A stretch of DNA of 64,000 nucleotides from Octopus sinensis (taxonomy: Eukaryota), in NCBI RefSeq assembly GCF_006345805.1, contig NC_043000.1, forward strand, positions 108,934,001 through 108,998,000, read 5' to 3'. The position numbers and the translations under genes are program-made. Within the stretch, counting starts at the first letter, position 1. The number at the start of each line of letters is the position of its first letter. Of this stretch, positions 51,470 to 64,000 are shown piece after piece. The notes below the pieces were generated by a model. The model was not told the DNA's origin and ran no database searches. It saw only the letters and a program-made list of their open reading frames with translations.

Positions 51470-51830
51470 ACCCAAAAACTAAGTGGATGCTTTTAAGAGA
51501 AGATACCTCGGGAAAATACCAGGCATCAAACAAAATGATTTCATCAGATCAGAAGAGCAGACAAACGTCCATCTTTAAAGGCCGACTGAATTGGCTGGAA
51601 CATATTATAAGACTTCGGACGAACAAACTCGCCAACTAAGTCCTTAAGCAGAACTCTCATGGCCAACGGCGCAGGGGCCGTCCTCAAATGCATTGGTACT
51701 ACACGATCAACAAGAACTTCAGCTGGTAAATCTACGATGGAACGCTGCTCTGAGGCTGGTTGCTGTCAGATCCTATTGGAGTATTAGGACTGATTCATAA
51801 GTCGCCCGATGTGGGGGAACCTAAGTATGT
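51470..51830 (+). mobile_element. RTE LINE 3' relic
   Basis: GRLNWLEHIIRL..GQRRRGRPQMHW...RWNAA. Confidence 0.75.
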
Positions 51831-52294
51831 AAACTTGCATCAATACCAGCAGATTCGGCGGCCATTATAAAGTTGTGCAAATCTAAGCGTCTCTTAAACA
51901 TTTCAAAATAGCATTTACAAGTCAGAAAAGGTTTTACATCAGAAGTTTCTGCTTTTTGTTGTACAAATTTTAGTTTTCGTTTCAATGGCTTTCATAATTT
52001 ACCAACATGTTACATATAATTCGATCGTCGATCCACACTCTTAAAAGCTATTCTATGATATGCAGTGCATAAGAACTGTGAAAAAGCAACGTTCATGCAG
52101 TTAATGGAGAATAATTTGTTTTATAGTCACGTGTTGTTTCAACTGTAAAGCTTTGATATTTTTCTTTCTCCTGAAACTTGTAAAATATCAAAATCACCAA
52201 CCAACGCAATGTCTTCACAAATTGTTTTTTGGACAACCACTTCATTCCTCAACAAGGTGCGAGCGGAAAATGGAGTGGGCATGCGTTGGCAAAG

Positions 52295-52491
52295 AATATT
52301 GGTTGCAAATTTTGGCACAAGGTCAGAAATTTCGGTGGAGGGGCAAAGTCGATTACACTTATTTTACCGACCCCAAAAGAATGGAAGGCAAAGTAGGTCT
52401 CGGCACCATTTGAACTTAAAGCATAAAGTCGGAAGAAACGCCGCGAAGTATTTTGCCCGGCGCAGTAACGATTCTGCCTGATCACCGACTT
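52295..52491 (-). mobile_element. Family A SINE
   Basis: GTCGATTACAC..CGACCCCAAAAGAATGGAAGGCAAAGTAGGTCTCGGC..TTTGAACT. Confidence 0.8.
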
Positions 52492-52954
52492 CGCTGGCAA
52501 GAATATTGAAAGCAATAAAAAATCAATGTTAGAGCGGAGAAAGAGCGACGGGCAATCTCTGACAAAAATGCGGACACCGAGAATAAACATTGATCGTTGG
52601 ATAAAACAATTTTTTAACTGTTTTGGTAGGTTGCAGGCACCGAAAATACAAAAGAAATGACAAAAACAAAATACAGGCATAAAACGACAAGTAGGGTTCC
52701 CGGCCAATTAAAGTTTCACATATTTTTTCAGAAAACAATATTTTTTTCCTATATACGCATCATGATTTTAGTTTACACGAGTTTCCGCTGGGGCGAAAGT
52801 GCAGATCATGTTCTGACCCTAAGTGTTTAAATTCCGTAAACGAACTTTCCATAACGCAGATTTTAGTCAACTTTCTCCTCTTTTCTTCCCCTCTTTATCT
52901 TTAGCCATCCATCCATCCGCCTGTCCGTCCGCCCGTCTGTCTGTTTATCTATCC

Positions 52955-53026
<72 letters not shown>

Positions 53027-53350
53027 GTCTGCCTGTCTGCCTGTCTATAAATGCGCTTATGTATCTATGAAGAATATTATATAACAATATAAGTGAAAAA
53101 AGAAGCAGAAGTCAGTGAAATAAAGCCCACAAATCATCGCTCCGAGTACATTGACTGCGAAACATAATACAGACGCCATGTTGGACGCTTAGGATGAATA
53201 TTTTCTTTGAGTGTTTATTTACTCCCCACGTCTGTGGCAATCTGTCTTTCACTCTGTTTGTCTGTCTCTATACTTGTCTACATATTCTGCTGTCCATTCT
53301 GATCCTTTCAAATCTTATAAACAGACACAATCACAAGCGCATGCAAACTG

Positions 53351-53389
<39 letters not shown>

Positions 53390-53427
53390 TTCTCACACAC
53401 TTGCATACATACATCTCTCTCTCTCTC

Positions 53428-53473
<46 letters not shown>

Positions 53474-53504
53474 TACATATTATATACGTACATATATGCA
53501 TGTA

Positions 53505-53557
<53 letters not shown>

Positions 53558-53869
53558 TATATATATATATATATGTATGTATGTATATATATATATATAT
53601 TATATATAAACGTATATGTGTATATATGTATGCATGTGCGCGCATACGTTATATTCCTGCTCACTTTCGGATCTCACATATGATTGTACATAAATCTATG
53701 TATTTCTTGTAAATACACACGCGACTATACTTTGACTCGGATACACACTGACGTACACACACGCACACACACACACACACACACACTCATAAACACACAT
53801 ACTCACACACATATATACACGCATATAATACATACACTTATTAATATCATCATCATCATCATCATTATT

Positions 53870-53900
<31 letters not shown>

Positions 53901-54418
53901 AATCTTTTTACGGTCTCCTTCGGCACAGTGTTAGTATATTCGGTAGTGTTCATCTATAAACACTTCCATTCTCTCTCTTGGAGTTATAATAAGCAGCGAT
54001 ATCTATCAACGTGCGATTAAGCTCAGTCATTTCTTGTTTGTAACTGATACGTACGCGATGATATACATCGGAGGGCATTCGGTGTCTAAGTGAATCGAAA
54101 CCGTGTTTCTCACTTGGTTATTCGAGTGGTTAACGTTATTCAGTGGTACTCGATGACATATGCAAAACAACAACACAACAACAACAGCCCAAAGAATAAC
54201 AAAATCTATAATTATTTCTGTCGAAAGTCGAATCAACACCTCTTTGAAGCAGTGGTTCGTTTTGTTTTTGTTGAAATGAGAAATAAGGGAAACTTCTAAC
54301 GATGAAGGAAATATAAAAAAAAAAAATACCCTCTGTAATTTGGGCTTAAAGGTCTATCTTCTGAAGGATGCAGTCAAAGAAGATACTGCCTATTTAGATA
54401 GCCGGATGAGCATTGACA

Positions 54419-54613
54419 TCAATTTGGTCCGGTACTTGTTGGTGTTGTAGAGGTCGCCCTGTGGACGGAGGTGGAAGACTGGCTGTAGGTTGGCAATAGT
54501 GGTGGCGTTGGTGTAGTAGGTGGTGATGGCGTTAAAGGTGTATAGCCATCAAGTAATCCTTTTGAAGATGGAGCTTTGCACTCGAAATCTAAAGCTCTTT
54601 TGACTTTCAGCAT
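54419..54613 (-). CDS. Candidate 64-aa small ORF (unverified)
   Basis: Lies in sequence I do not recognise as a repeat; AACAATG start context; MLKVKRALDFE...YTPLTPSPPTTPTPP. No homolog recognised. Confidence 0.25.
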   Translation of the reverse strand: MLKVKRALDFECKAPSSKGLLDGYTPLTPSPPTTPTPPLLPTYSQSSTSVHRATSTTPTSTGPN

Positions 54614-54779
54614 TGTTAGAATCTCTCCTCATTTCCCATTTCGTTTATTATTCTATTTGTGTACTACAATGCTTCTAGCGAACTACGACACCATTTGCTT
54701 TCGTTGTTTAGCATCGTGAAAGCAGGTTTCTAATCTAAAGCAGTCAAGACATAATTATTTGTATGTTTTCCAGACATTT

Positions 54780-55258
54780 CAGGCAGAGGCGTGGCTTTGT
54801 GGTAAGAAACTTGCTCCCCAATCATGTACACTTGAGTTCAGTTTCACTGTGCGGCATCTTGGTCAAGTGTTTTCCACAATGATCCATAACTGAGCAAAGA
54901 CGTGTGTGGATTAGGTAGATGCAAACTGAGAGAAGCCGGTCGTATATATATATCTGGAGAAGAGAAGTATATTCCCACGTAGGAAAGAATATAAAAGAAT
55001 TTATTTTGGGGTTTGAGAATGCACCTGAATCTTAAAACCCGTTGTTGTTTTTAGATTTTGTAATAGATTTAATCAAAAGCCAAACCGGTTCCAACAATTT
55101 TTTGTTCATCAACGGTAAAAATACTGATGAAACCGGTTTGATATTTGAATAAATCTATTGCAAAATCTAAAAGCAACTACACGTTTTGAGATACAGGCGC
55201 ATTTTCAAATCGCAAAACAGAGACTCTCTCTTTTTCTTTCACACACACACAAACATGC

Positions 55259-55333
<75 letters not shown>

Positions 55334-55565
55334 GTGTGTGTGTGTGTGTGTGTGTATGTGTGTGTGTGTATGTGTGTGTGTGTGTTTCTCTTTGTGCTTG
55401 TGACCCTTTGAGGTTCGTCCACGTACCTTAGCAGTTCGGCAAACTGCGACCATTAGAAAAGGTAATAGATTTTAAAATATGTACTGAGGCTGATTCGCTC
55501 CATTTAACCTTACACGGAAGTGCCTTATATTGACCACAATCCAATGACTGAAACAAGTAAAAGAT
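54780..55565 (+). mobile_element. Family B SINE pieces (head and core about 54780-54950, 3' part about 55390-55565)
   Basis: GCAGAGGCGTGGCTTTGTGGTAAGAAACTTGC..GGCATCTTGGTCAAGTG; CTTAGCAGTTCGGCAAA..ATGACTGAAACAAGTAAAAG. Confidence 0.7.
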
Positions 55566-56394
55566 TCTCTACTTCAGACTCCATCTACCAATATGTCTTT
55601 CAGTTTTAAAGATGGTTGGGTGGAATTTGAGGGAAATTCGAGCATTTCCAGCCAGGGAGTATCTTGATGTCTGCTGACCCGGCCTTTAGTTTAACGAAGT
55701 CTCCACCAAATCACAATCTTTTGTTGAAAAACATGAAAGAACCGCATTGAATAATGTAGTTGTAAACACATGTCTGAAAAATATATGGAATGGGATGGTC
55801 ACAATGGGAAGGCTTTTCACCTTTGGCCTATTCGAACAAAACTGTGTCTAAACAATTAGGACAGCAACAACATGGTATCAAGAAAAAGAAAAGAACGATC
55901 ATCACATAAACAAGAAACTCATAAAAACATCATCATCATCATCATCATCAGCGCCACCACAGCCATCATCATTGTCCTCATCAACGAACGACAACAGAAT
56001 AACCATAGCAACACACCAGCCAGCAAGCCGGCCAGCCGGCCAGCCAACAACAAGGCATATCCATAAATTGAAACAGACTGATTAATTAGTAAATACATTG
56101 TTAATATCCCCAAAAGAAATATCAACTTGCATGTTGCTTTAATTATAGAGTTGGCACCGGTTTTGATATCATAGACACGGATGGTTCCAAGGGCTACAAG
56201 TTGTGAGGTCGGGGTGGGGAGTGTGTGGGTGGGGAGAGGAAGAAATAAAAGAATAACAACAGCAACAACAATAGAAAGGACGACACCAACGATGTTGATG
56301 ATGATGATGATAATAATAATAATAATAATTTCTGCTATAGGCACAAGGCCAGAGGTCGAAGAAGGAAACGAAGAGAAAGGAGAAGAAGGAGGAA

Positions 56395-56442
<48 letters not shown>

Positions 56443-56776
56443 AGAAGAAGAAGAAGAAGAAGAAGAAGAAGAAGAAGAAGAGAAGAAGAAGAAGAAGAAG
56501 AGGGCGACTAATGGGAATGAGGTGAAGAATAAGAATGTGGAAAGGAGATGAAGGAAAAAAGTACAATAAATAGAGGTGTAGGGTGGGGATGGAAAAGAAA
56601 GAGGAGGAGATCAACACGTGAAGCTGCTGCCGCCGCTACTGCTGCTGTTGCTGCTGCTGCTGACAATGATGATAATGATGGTGAATATAATGATGATGAA
56701 GAAGGCACACACACACACACACACAGACAGACACACACACACACACACACACACAACACACACACACACACACACA

Positions 56777-56807
<31 letters not shown>

Positions 56808-57057
56808 CACACCGTTTCCCTTCAATGCAGTCATTAGTCGATGTAAACTGCTCTAACTCGCCATCTTTCCGCCACAGGAAGTTGTTGTTTTGACTGTGTT
56901 ATTACAATTTAACAAACCTTCTCTGATAAGGCCGAGGTGGTGTTTTGTTAGGGTGATGAGGATAGAGTGCGAGGGTGGCAGTAGTTTGGGGGCCATAGTA
57001 ACATGGGTGTTTGGGGCTGGTAATGTTTATCCTGATAGTAATACTGATGTCGGGGAT

Positions 57058-57670
57058 GGCTGTTGTAGTATTATGCAATGATGTTGTCTATTACCAGGTC
57101 GGTTCCGATCGTGCAATCCCTATATTCAAAGAAGTTCCAGTCGTGACCAGCCTTCTTGATTAAATTTAAAATACTGGGTAAAACTAAGGAAGTCATTGTC
57201 ATCCAAAACTGGCTGTTGTAGTATTATGCAATGATGTTGTCTATTACCAGGTCGGTTCCGATCGTGCAATCCCTATATTCAAAGAAGTTCCAGTCGTGAC
57301 CAGCCTTCTTGATTAAATTTAAAATACTGGGTAAAACTAAGGAAGTCATTGTCATCCAAAACTGGCTGTTGTAGTATTATGCAATGATGTTGTCTATTAC
57401 CAGGTCGGTTCCGATCGTGCAATCCCTATATTCAAAGAAGTTCCAGTCGTGACCAGCCTTCTTGATTAAATTTAAAATACTGGGTAAAACTAAGGAAGTC
57501 ATTGTCATCCAAAACTGGCTGTTGTAGTATTATGCAATGATGTTGTCTATTACCAGGTCGGTTCCGATCGTGCAATCCCTATATTCAAAGAAGTTCCAGC
57601 CGTGACCAGCCTTCTTGATTAAATTTAAAATACTGGGTAAAACTAAGGAAGCCATTGTTCATCCTAAACT
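57058..57670. repeat. Four tandem copies of a 153-bp unit
   Basis: Units start at 57058, 57211, 57364 and 57517. Copies 1-3 are identical; copy 4 (154 bp) differs at four positions. Confidence 0.97.
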
Positions 57671-57844
57671 GTTGTTGTTCGGTCCCCAGGTCAGCCTTGA
57701 TCGAGAATACATTCCAACCATGACCCTTCGGTTTGATCTCTGTCAGATGCAGTCAATCTGGGACTATCCCATACAATATTTTCTTCCTCTTTTAAGAGGA
57801 TGCACAAGGAGATGCAGTTGTTATTTCTAACCGGTTGTTTGAGC

Positions 57845-58290
57845 CTACAGAGGTCCCCTCGTTGGTTCGTTGGTTCATTCAAGTATTCTAGTTATGTGTG
57901 AGTTGAAAGATACGGCTCTATAAATAATCTGTTGTGCCCTGCTTCCACTTTTGTGAATTGGTTTGATGATTGCTTCTTTCAACGAATTTGGATGCTTTCC
58001 AGAGTCTGTGTTTTGCTTGGACATTATTGCATAATTCTAGTGCAATAACTGGAATACCATCTATTTCTGGAGCTCGGTTGTGTCTATCTTTTTCGGCGAT
58101 CTGCTGTTACGTGGGTGAGTGATTTATTGGTGTGGTTCTTTTCGACGAGATCAGAAATAATTCCTTATTGAATAAACAACTTTTGATTTAGGTAGACTGA
58201 GCGAAGAATTCTTCATGAAGCATCTTGATATGTTGTGATTTAATTAGGGAATCTTCTTTCAGACAGTCAGGTGCAATAATTTCTACTTCT
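57845..58290 (-). mobile_element. CR1/Jockey-group RT relic
   Basis: APEIDGIP, LKEAIIKPIHKSGSRAQ and YRAVSFNSHITRIL in broken frames. Confidence 0.7.
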
Positions 58291-58400
58291 TTAAAAAAAA
58301 AAAAACAGTTTGATCACGTCTTTTCAAGAGATTTCTGAAGTGTGCGTACGGAATCATTCATTTTTGGCCACGTGTCTATAATGCATGTATACGTGTATAG

Positions 58401-58467
<67 letters not shown>

Positions 58468-58671
58468 CTTCGTTTTTGATTTTTGTACATGGTTTGCAAG
58501 ATTATTGATGCGAATTCGAGTGTTAAAACAAACCTTGTCTTGAGAGGGTCATGATGCCAATAATAACAACACATGCGCCAGTGCTTGTGTTGTAATTATT
58601 ATTACAACCAAGAAACAAGATCCTACCAAGAAACAGCAATGTGCGAGTGTGTGTGTGTGTGTGTGCGCGCG

Positions 58672-58950
58672 TGAAGGTACGTGACCGAGTCGTTAGGCTA
58701 CTGTACTCATCATCGCAAAAGCGTGGTTTCGATTCTCGAAACGGACAGTGCGTTGTGCTCATCTGCTTTGGGGCCCCTTCGATATCTGACGTGTGGAAAA
58801 CCGTGCACTTGTACAGGTAATGTCAATTTTATTGAAGATGTGAACTTTTTATCACTGCAAACAAATCCTCTTGTATCTTCTTCAGCAAGAAGTCATGGAG
58901 CCCTTATCGGTCGTTTGCACCAAGAGAGTTCACCATAGGTGCGTAACAAT
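58672..58950 (+). mobile_element. Family C-related SINE (degraded)
   Basis: GAAGGTACGTGACCGAGTCGTTAGG..GTGGTTTCGATTCTCG..GCGTTGTG. Confidence 0.65.
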
Positions 58951-58993
58951 GTATATGAGGGTGTACATACACGCATGCACACACACGCATAGT

Positions 58994-59078
<85 letters not shown>

Positions 59079-59116
59079 ATATGTATATATATGCGTGTGT
59101 GTGCGAGAGAGGGAGA

Positions 59117-59179
<63 letters not shown>

Positions 59180-60012
59180 TTTAAAACAAGTATAAATTGA
59201 GATTTTTACATCACTGTCACTCCAAGTTTCGCGTTAAAAATTTCGTGTCTGTTGATAAAGTTTTCTTGAAGAAAGCACGACACATCAACTCTGTAATGCC
59301 GTCAAGGTCCACAAAATGCTATACAAGCGAGCACAACATTACCTGGGTTAATCATCCGGAGAAACTGGAAAAGGTATCTAATATCACAAAATCATGTTAA
59401 AGTTATGTTCTAAGATATTTTCAATAAGAACCCAATGAAAATTTTTGTATCTCGAAGAATTTGATTTCCTGCATCAAATGAAAAAAAATTACAGTAACAA
59501 CCTTCCGCTAAATAAATAGTTCCAGTGTAATTGTGTCAGTATTAATTGCTTTCACTTGACAGCAACTGCTTCACAAACAAGTTAGTATAATATACCAAAG
59601 TGAAGTCGGAAGACTACAATGAAAAAATATATTTTAGATTCACGGAATAGGCACGCACAACAGACATATTTGTTTTCGGTAACTCGAGGGAAAAAATGAT
59701 ACTTTGGCAAAGTTTGTAGACTGAAATATGAAAATACCACAAAACCGAAATACTGTGGTCAAGAGACAAATTTAAGAAAACCCTTAAGATTTTAGAATTT
59801 TTACAATTATGAATGCATTTTTTTTTTGGTTTTTAACGAAATTTTCATCTAAATTATTGAATTATACAAATAATATTTCAAAATGTCATTCTACATAATT
59901 GTGTTCTACTTCAAAACAGCAAGTATTGTAATATTTTAGAATAAAGATTCATTGAAATTCTACTTGTTTTAAAATCATAACTTCAGTTTAACACACGCGA
60001 ATACGCGAACAC

Positions 60013-60122
<110 letters not shown>

Positions 60123-60547
60123 GTAATTATTTCAGGATTTTCATCCGTTTCGTCTGATGTGAATTTCTCCCCTTTTCTTTACTTTGTTTTTCTTTTTCAT
60201 CCCTGGTATACCAGGGGCACTCTTTCACCTTGCTGCTTCTACTGCTGCTGTTGTTCTTATTTCGCTTCCTCTTCTTCTTCTTCTTCTTCTTCTTCTTCTT
60301 CTTCTTCTCCATTTCCTCGACTCTTTCCGTTTAATCCTCCACTTCGATACTTCCATATTTCACATTTCCCCTGCTTTCTTCCTTATTTTACCAATTTCCC
60401 TCATAAATATCTACTTCCTTATTTACTCCGATGTATCTGCTGCATCCGACTTAGCTGAGGTCAACGAATGCTAACAATATTTTCGCCTTTACTTCCTCTC
60501 TTCATATCATCAACACCAGCTTCATACACAAACTCATACATTCATAT

Positions 60548-60628
<81 letters not shown>

Positions 60629-60830
60629 GGTGTGTGTGTGTGTGTGTGTGTGTGTGTTTATATATATATATATATATATTATATAACCATATATACACAC
60701 ACAAATTCATATATATGTGTGTGGTGTTTTTATATATATATGTATGTATATATATTAACATATGAAGTAAAAGCAGGTCTAGTATAATAAATATTAAATA
60801 CATTTACCAATGTACATGCTTTGTGTATTG

Positions 60831-61243
60831 CCATGGCGTAGCGGAATACATTACTCGCGTGTTGTCGCCGGTGTCACCTTAGAGCCATGGACAAGCGAGA
60901 TAACTCACCCTCAATCCCATTTGGGATGGACATCGATGTTTCTGTGGTTTATCAACACCACTCGTCCGCCTGGGTTGAAGCTGAGTCAGCTAGCCTGTCC
61001 AACGCAATTTCCGGGCACACCAGCTCGTGATTTTACAAGCCATGAGGATATAAGTCGTTTGACTGGCTAGCTGACTGGCCTTCAACCCAGATGGGTAGGT
61101 GGTGTTGATAAACCACAAAAATGGCGAAACATCGATGCCCATCACTCCCAGATGGGATTCAGAGTGAATTATCTCGCCTGTCCATGGCTCTAAGGTGTTT
61201 TAACATTGGCGACATGAGAGTTATATACTCCGCTACGCCACTG
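60831..61243. mobile_element. Fold-back MITE with hAT-like termini
   Basis: Termini CCATGGCGTAGCGGAATA and TATACTCCGCTACGCCACTG; nearly the whole 413 bp is self-complementary (e.g. ACCTTAGAGCCATGGACA/TGTCCATGGCTCTAAGGT). Confidence 0.85.
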
Positions 61244-61318
61244 CAGTCACCAGAAAATACACAAAGCATATACATTAATATATGTATATAACAATACATA
61301 CATACATACATACATACA

Positions 61319-61349
<31 letters not shown>

Positions 61350-61786
61350 GTAAATGCAAACAGGCACTTTTGATCTGTTTATGAAACTGTTTATGAGTGA
61401 AAAACCAACGCACGTATTCACATGAACACACACTCCCTTTCTCACACTACACACAAATGCAAATACATACACACGTGTGTAATTAGACACGTGTGTGTTT
61501 GCTTTTGTGGGTTTCATTGTGTGTTTTTCTGGCTCTTTTGCATCTGTGTGTGTCCGTTTGTGTTTATTTATCGTGTAACATGATTACAAATTGCACCCGA
61601 TTGTGGTTGCAGCGAGTAATTTATCAATGGGTGATAAGCTTGCGAAAACCGCCGTTTAGCTCCAGTTTCAATGCATGAAACCGAGCAGAGATAAATCTAC
61701 AGGAAGAGCAGATGCCTGTTTTTCAAAGCTGAAACTTTCACAGAAAACCCAATACTTATTCCTGACATATCGTTGAAAAGATGCAA

Positions 61787-61788
61787 TG

Positions 61789-61831
<43 letters not shown>

Positions 61832-61960
61832 TAATGATAATAATAATAATAATAATGATAATAATAATAATGATAATAATTATAATAATAATAATATTAG
61901 TAATAATAATAATAATGATAATAATAATAATAATAATAATATTAGTAATAATAATAATAA

Positions 61961-62051
<91 letters not shown>

Positions 62052-62086
62052 TAATAATAATAATAATAATAATGATAATAATAATG

Positions 62087-62134
<48 letters not shown>

Positions 62135-62539
62135 TAATAATAGGCGCAGGAGTGTGTGTGTGTGCTAACCAACCACATGGTTCTGGGTTCAGTCCCACTG
62201 CGTGGCATCTTGGGCAAGTGTCTTCTGCTATAGCCCCCCGAGCCGGCCAATGCCTTGTGAGTGGATTCGGTAGACGGAAACTGAAAGAAGCCTGTCGTAT
62301 ATATGTATATATATATGTATGTATGTGTTTGTGTGCCTGCGTTTGTCTCCCTAGCATTGCTTGACAACCGATGCTGGTGTGTTTACGTCCCCGTCACTTA
62401 GCGGTTCGGCAAAAGAGACCGATAGAATAAATACTGGGCTTACAAAGAATAAGTCCCGGGGTCGATTTGCTCGACTAAAGGCGGTGCTCCAGCATGGCCG
62501 CAGTCAAATGACTGAAACAAGTAAAAGAGTAAAAAAAGA

Positions 62540-62599
<60 letters not shown>
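61787..62599. repeat. Long imperfect (AAT)n microsatellite split by a SINE
   Basis: About 355 bp of AAT/GAT repeats before 62142 and about 58 bp after 62541. Confidence 0.95.
62143..62540 (+). mobile_element. Full-length family B SINE
   Basis: GGCGCAGGAGTG..GGTTCAGTCCCACTGCGTGGCATCTTGGGCAAGTGTCTTC.., an internal TA/TG tract, then CAGCATGGCCGCAGTCAAATGACTGAAACAAGTAAAAGAG. Confidence 0.92.
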
Positions 62600-62605
<6 letters not shown>

Positions 62606-63054
62606 CAAAAGCAACGAAAACTCACGTAACGAAATGCCTGTAACGTATTTCAACGGATGTTAACTTATTTTGTTTGACAAATTATTTAGTTAGAGAAAGG
62701 GTCGAAGCTCATGGCCATTTGGACCCTCCCAGACGAGCAAGATCGATAATCGGTGCAGTTCATGTTTAATTTGAACTTGCGAAGTTCGGCACCCGCACAG
62801 AAAAACGTAATCGGGATTAGCATGCATTCGAGAAGGCTGAGGCTATGGGGTGGGTGGGTGGGTGGAGAATGTAAGAGGTGGATTCAGCTGTGACATTGGT
62901 GCCGGGTCAGAAGAGCGAAGGAGGGCCGAGTGAGTGACTAATGAAGCCCGACCTCCCCATTGAATTTTGAAAGGACACTCTAAACAGCTTTGAAAGCAGG
63001 CATAGGGGAAGATCTTGGTGGGAAAAGAACTCAGAACAGGAACATTACAAATGA

Positions 63055-63270
63055 TGTATTAGAATTTATGGAATATTTTCTTTGATCTTTTAGTTGTTTT
63101 AGTCATTGGGCTGTGGCCATGCTGGGGCGCTACTTCGAAGGGTTTAGTAGAAAAATCGACACCAGCACTTTTTAAGTATGCTGCATAGTCTATCGTTCTC
63201 TTTTCCGAAACTACTATATTAAGAGAACGTAAACAAACCAATTCCGGTTGTCAAGTAGTGGTGGTGTTGG
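63055..63270 (-). mobile_element. Family B SINE, 3' part
   Basis: GTTTTAGTCATTGGGCTGTGGCCATGCTGGGGCGCTACTTCGAAG..CCGGTTGTCAAG. Confidence 0.75.
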
Positions 63271-63438
63271 TGGTGGACAAATAAAAGCACAAAGAAACAC
63301 ACATATTTATACGCAGGCGCAAATATATATAACGTATATATTATTATTATTATTATTATTATTATCCAAAGACAAGCTGACGCACATAACCTGATGCGCA
63401 CAAATACATAAAAAGACACATCGGACAATTCAGTTTCA

Positions 63439-63471
<33 letters not shown>

Positions 63472-63744
63472 ACACACACAAAATATGCATGCAGCTACCT
63501 TAGTCTATAATGAGCACTCAGTCTACTAGGCTGCAAAGAAATATGATGTAAAGAAATATTTAGCCCTGAAGAGATTTCTGCCTTTTAAATTCATAATGAA
63601 ATTATTAATTGTAAAATGAATGAAGATGCATATTGAAACGATAGTAGGCCTTATGTAATCGACACATTCATGTAAATGAATTGATTTTACTGTATTCATA
63701 CTCTCTATTATATGTATATTCACATCCGTCTTGTGCGTTCACAT

Positions 63745-63950
63745 TCCTGTCTTCTACCAAGAAATCTAATGCTTACAGCTTAGTTTTTTTTCTTGGGGCT
63801 GGCCGAGTTGGAGCAAATATCAGAATTGAACAGCCGAAATTTGCTATGATGATTCGGTGTCTGACTGAAGATTGAAGGCTTCGAATGATTTGTCTGTGTT
63901 CCGTGTTCGTCCCTTCCTGTATTTCACGTTCATTATATATAAAAACATTC
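63745..63950 (+). mobile_element. Single arm related to the 15129-16038 element
   Basis: CCAAGAAATCTAATGCT..CTTGGGGCTGGCCG..CAGCCGAAATT..GACTGAAGATTGAAGGCTTCGAATG. Confidence 0.7.
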
Positions 63951-64000
63951 ATTCTTATATTATTGCGGCGTTACGTGCACCCCCCAATTTTAAACCCTGC

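Noticed and set aside
55919-56893. 232-aa and other ORFs with poly-F, K, I or A tracts
   Set aside because: They come from a compound (GAA)/(GAAA)/(TAA)/(GCT)/(CA) low-complexity region.
56820-57140. Possible minus-strand exon (YYNSHPRHQYYYQDKHYQPQTP)
   Set aside because: All three frames hit stops within about 60 codons and no convincing splice sites were found.
57058-57670. CRISPR-like or coding tandem array
   Set aside because: The units are wholly identical with no unique spacers, the context is eukaryotic, and stop codons break the frames.
61668-62367. 190-230 aa poly-Asn, poly-Ile and poly-Leu ORFs
   Set aside because: These are translations of an (AAT)n microsatellite plus a SINE head.
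62720-62990. Possible RTE RT relic on the minus strand
   Set aside because: Only a faint VGLH-like motif is visible, too degraded to support.

Overview
This is an AT-rich, repeat-saturated animal genomic window. The SINE families and microsatellite load look like Octopus (coleoid cephalopod); this rests on my recognition, not a database search. I found no confidently identifiable host protein-coding gene, rRNA, true tRNA or CRISPR array. Almost all ORFs in the supplied track are microsatellite read-throughs (YIYI, HTHT, CVCV, poly-N/I) or broken transposon frames. The window is a layered transposon landscape: about 25 tRNA-derived SINE copies of three families; six decayed R4/Dong-type (RLE) retrotransposons, five with at least one junction at (CATA)n-type repeats; several RTE and CR1/Jockey-group LINE fragments, including a twin-primed inverted RTE; one complete but frameshifted mariner, a maT-like element and further mariner and hAT relics; Penelope-like (PLE) relics, including about 200-bp elements carrying minimal hammerhead ribozymes; and many fold-back palindromes. 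The best leads are an apparently (CATA)n-specific R4/Dong lineage, the hammerhead mini-elements in (TA)n, the RTE twin-priming inversion, a perfect 81-bp hairpin nested in an older palindrome, a 4x153-bp tandem amplification and a 64-aa candidate small ORF with RxL and S/TP motifs.
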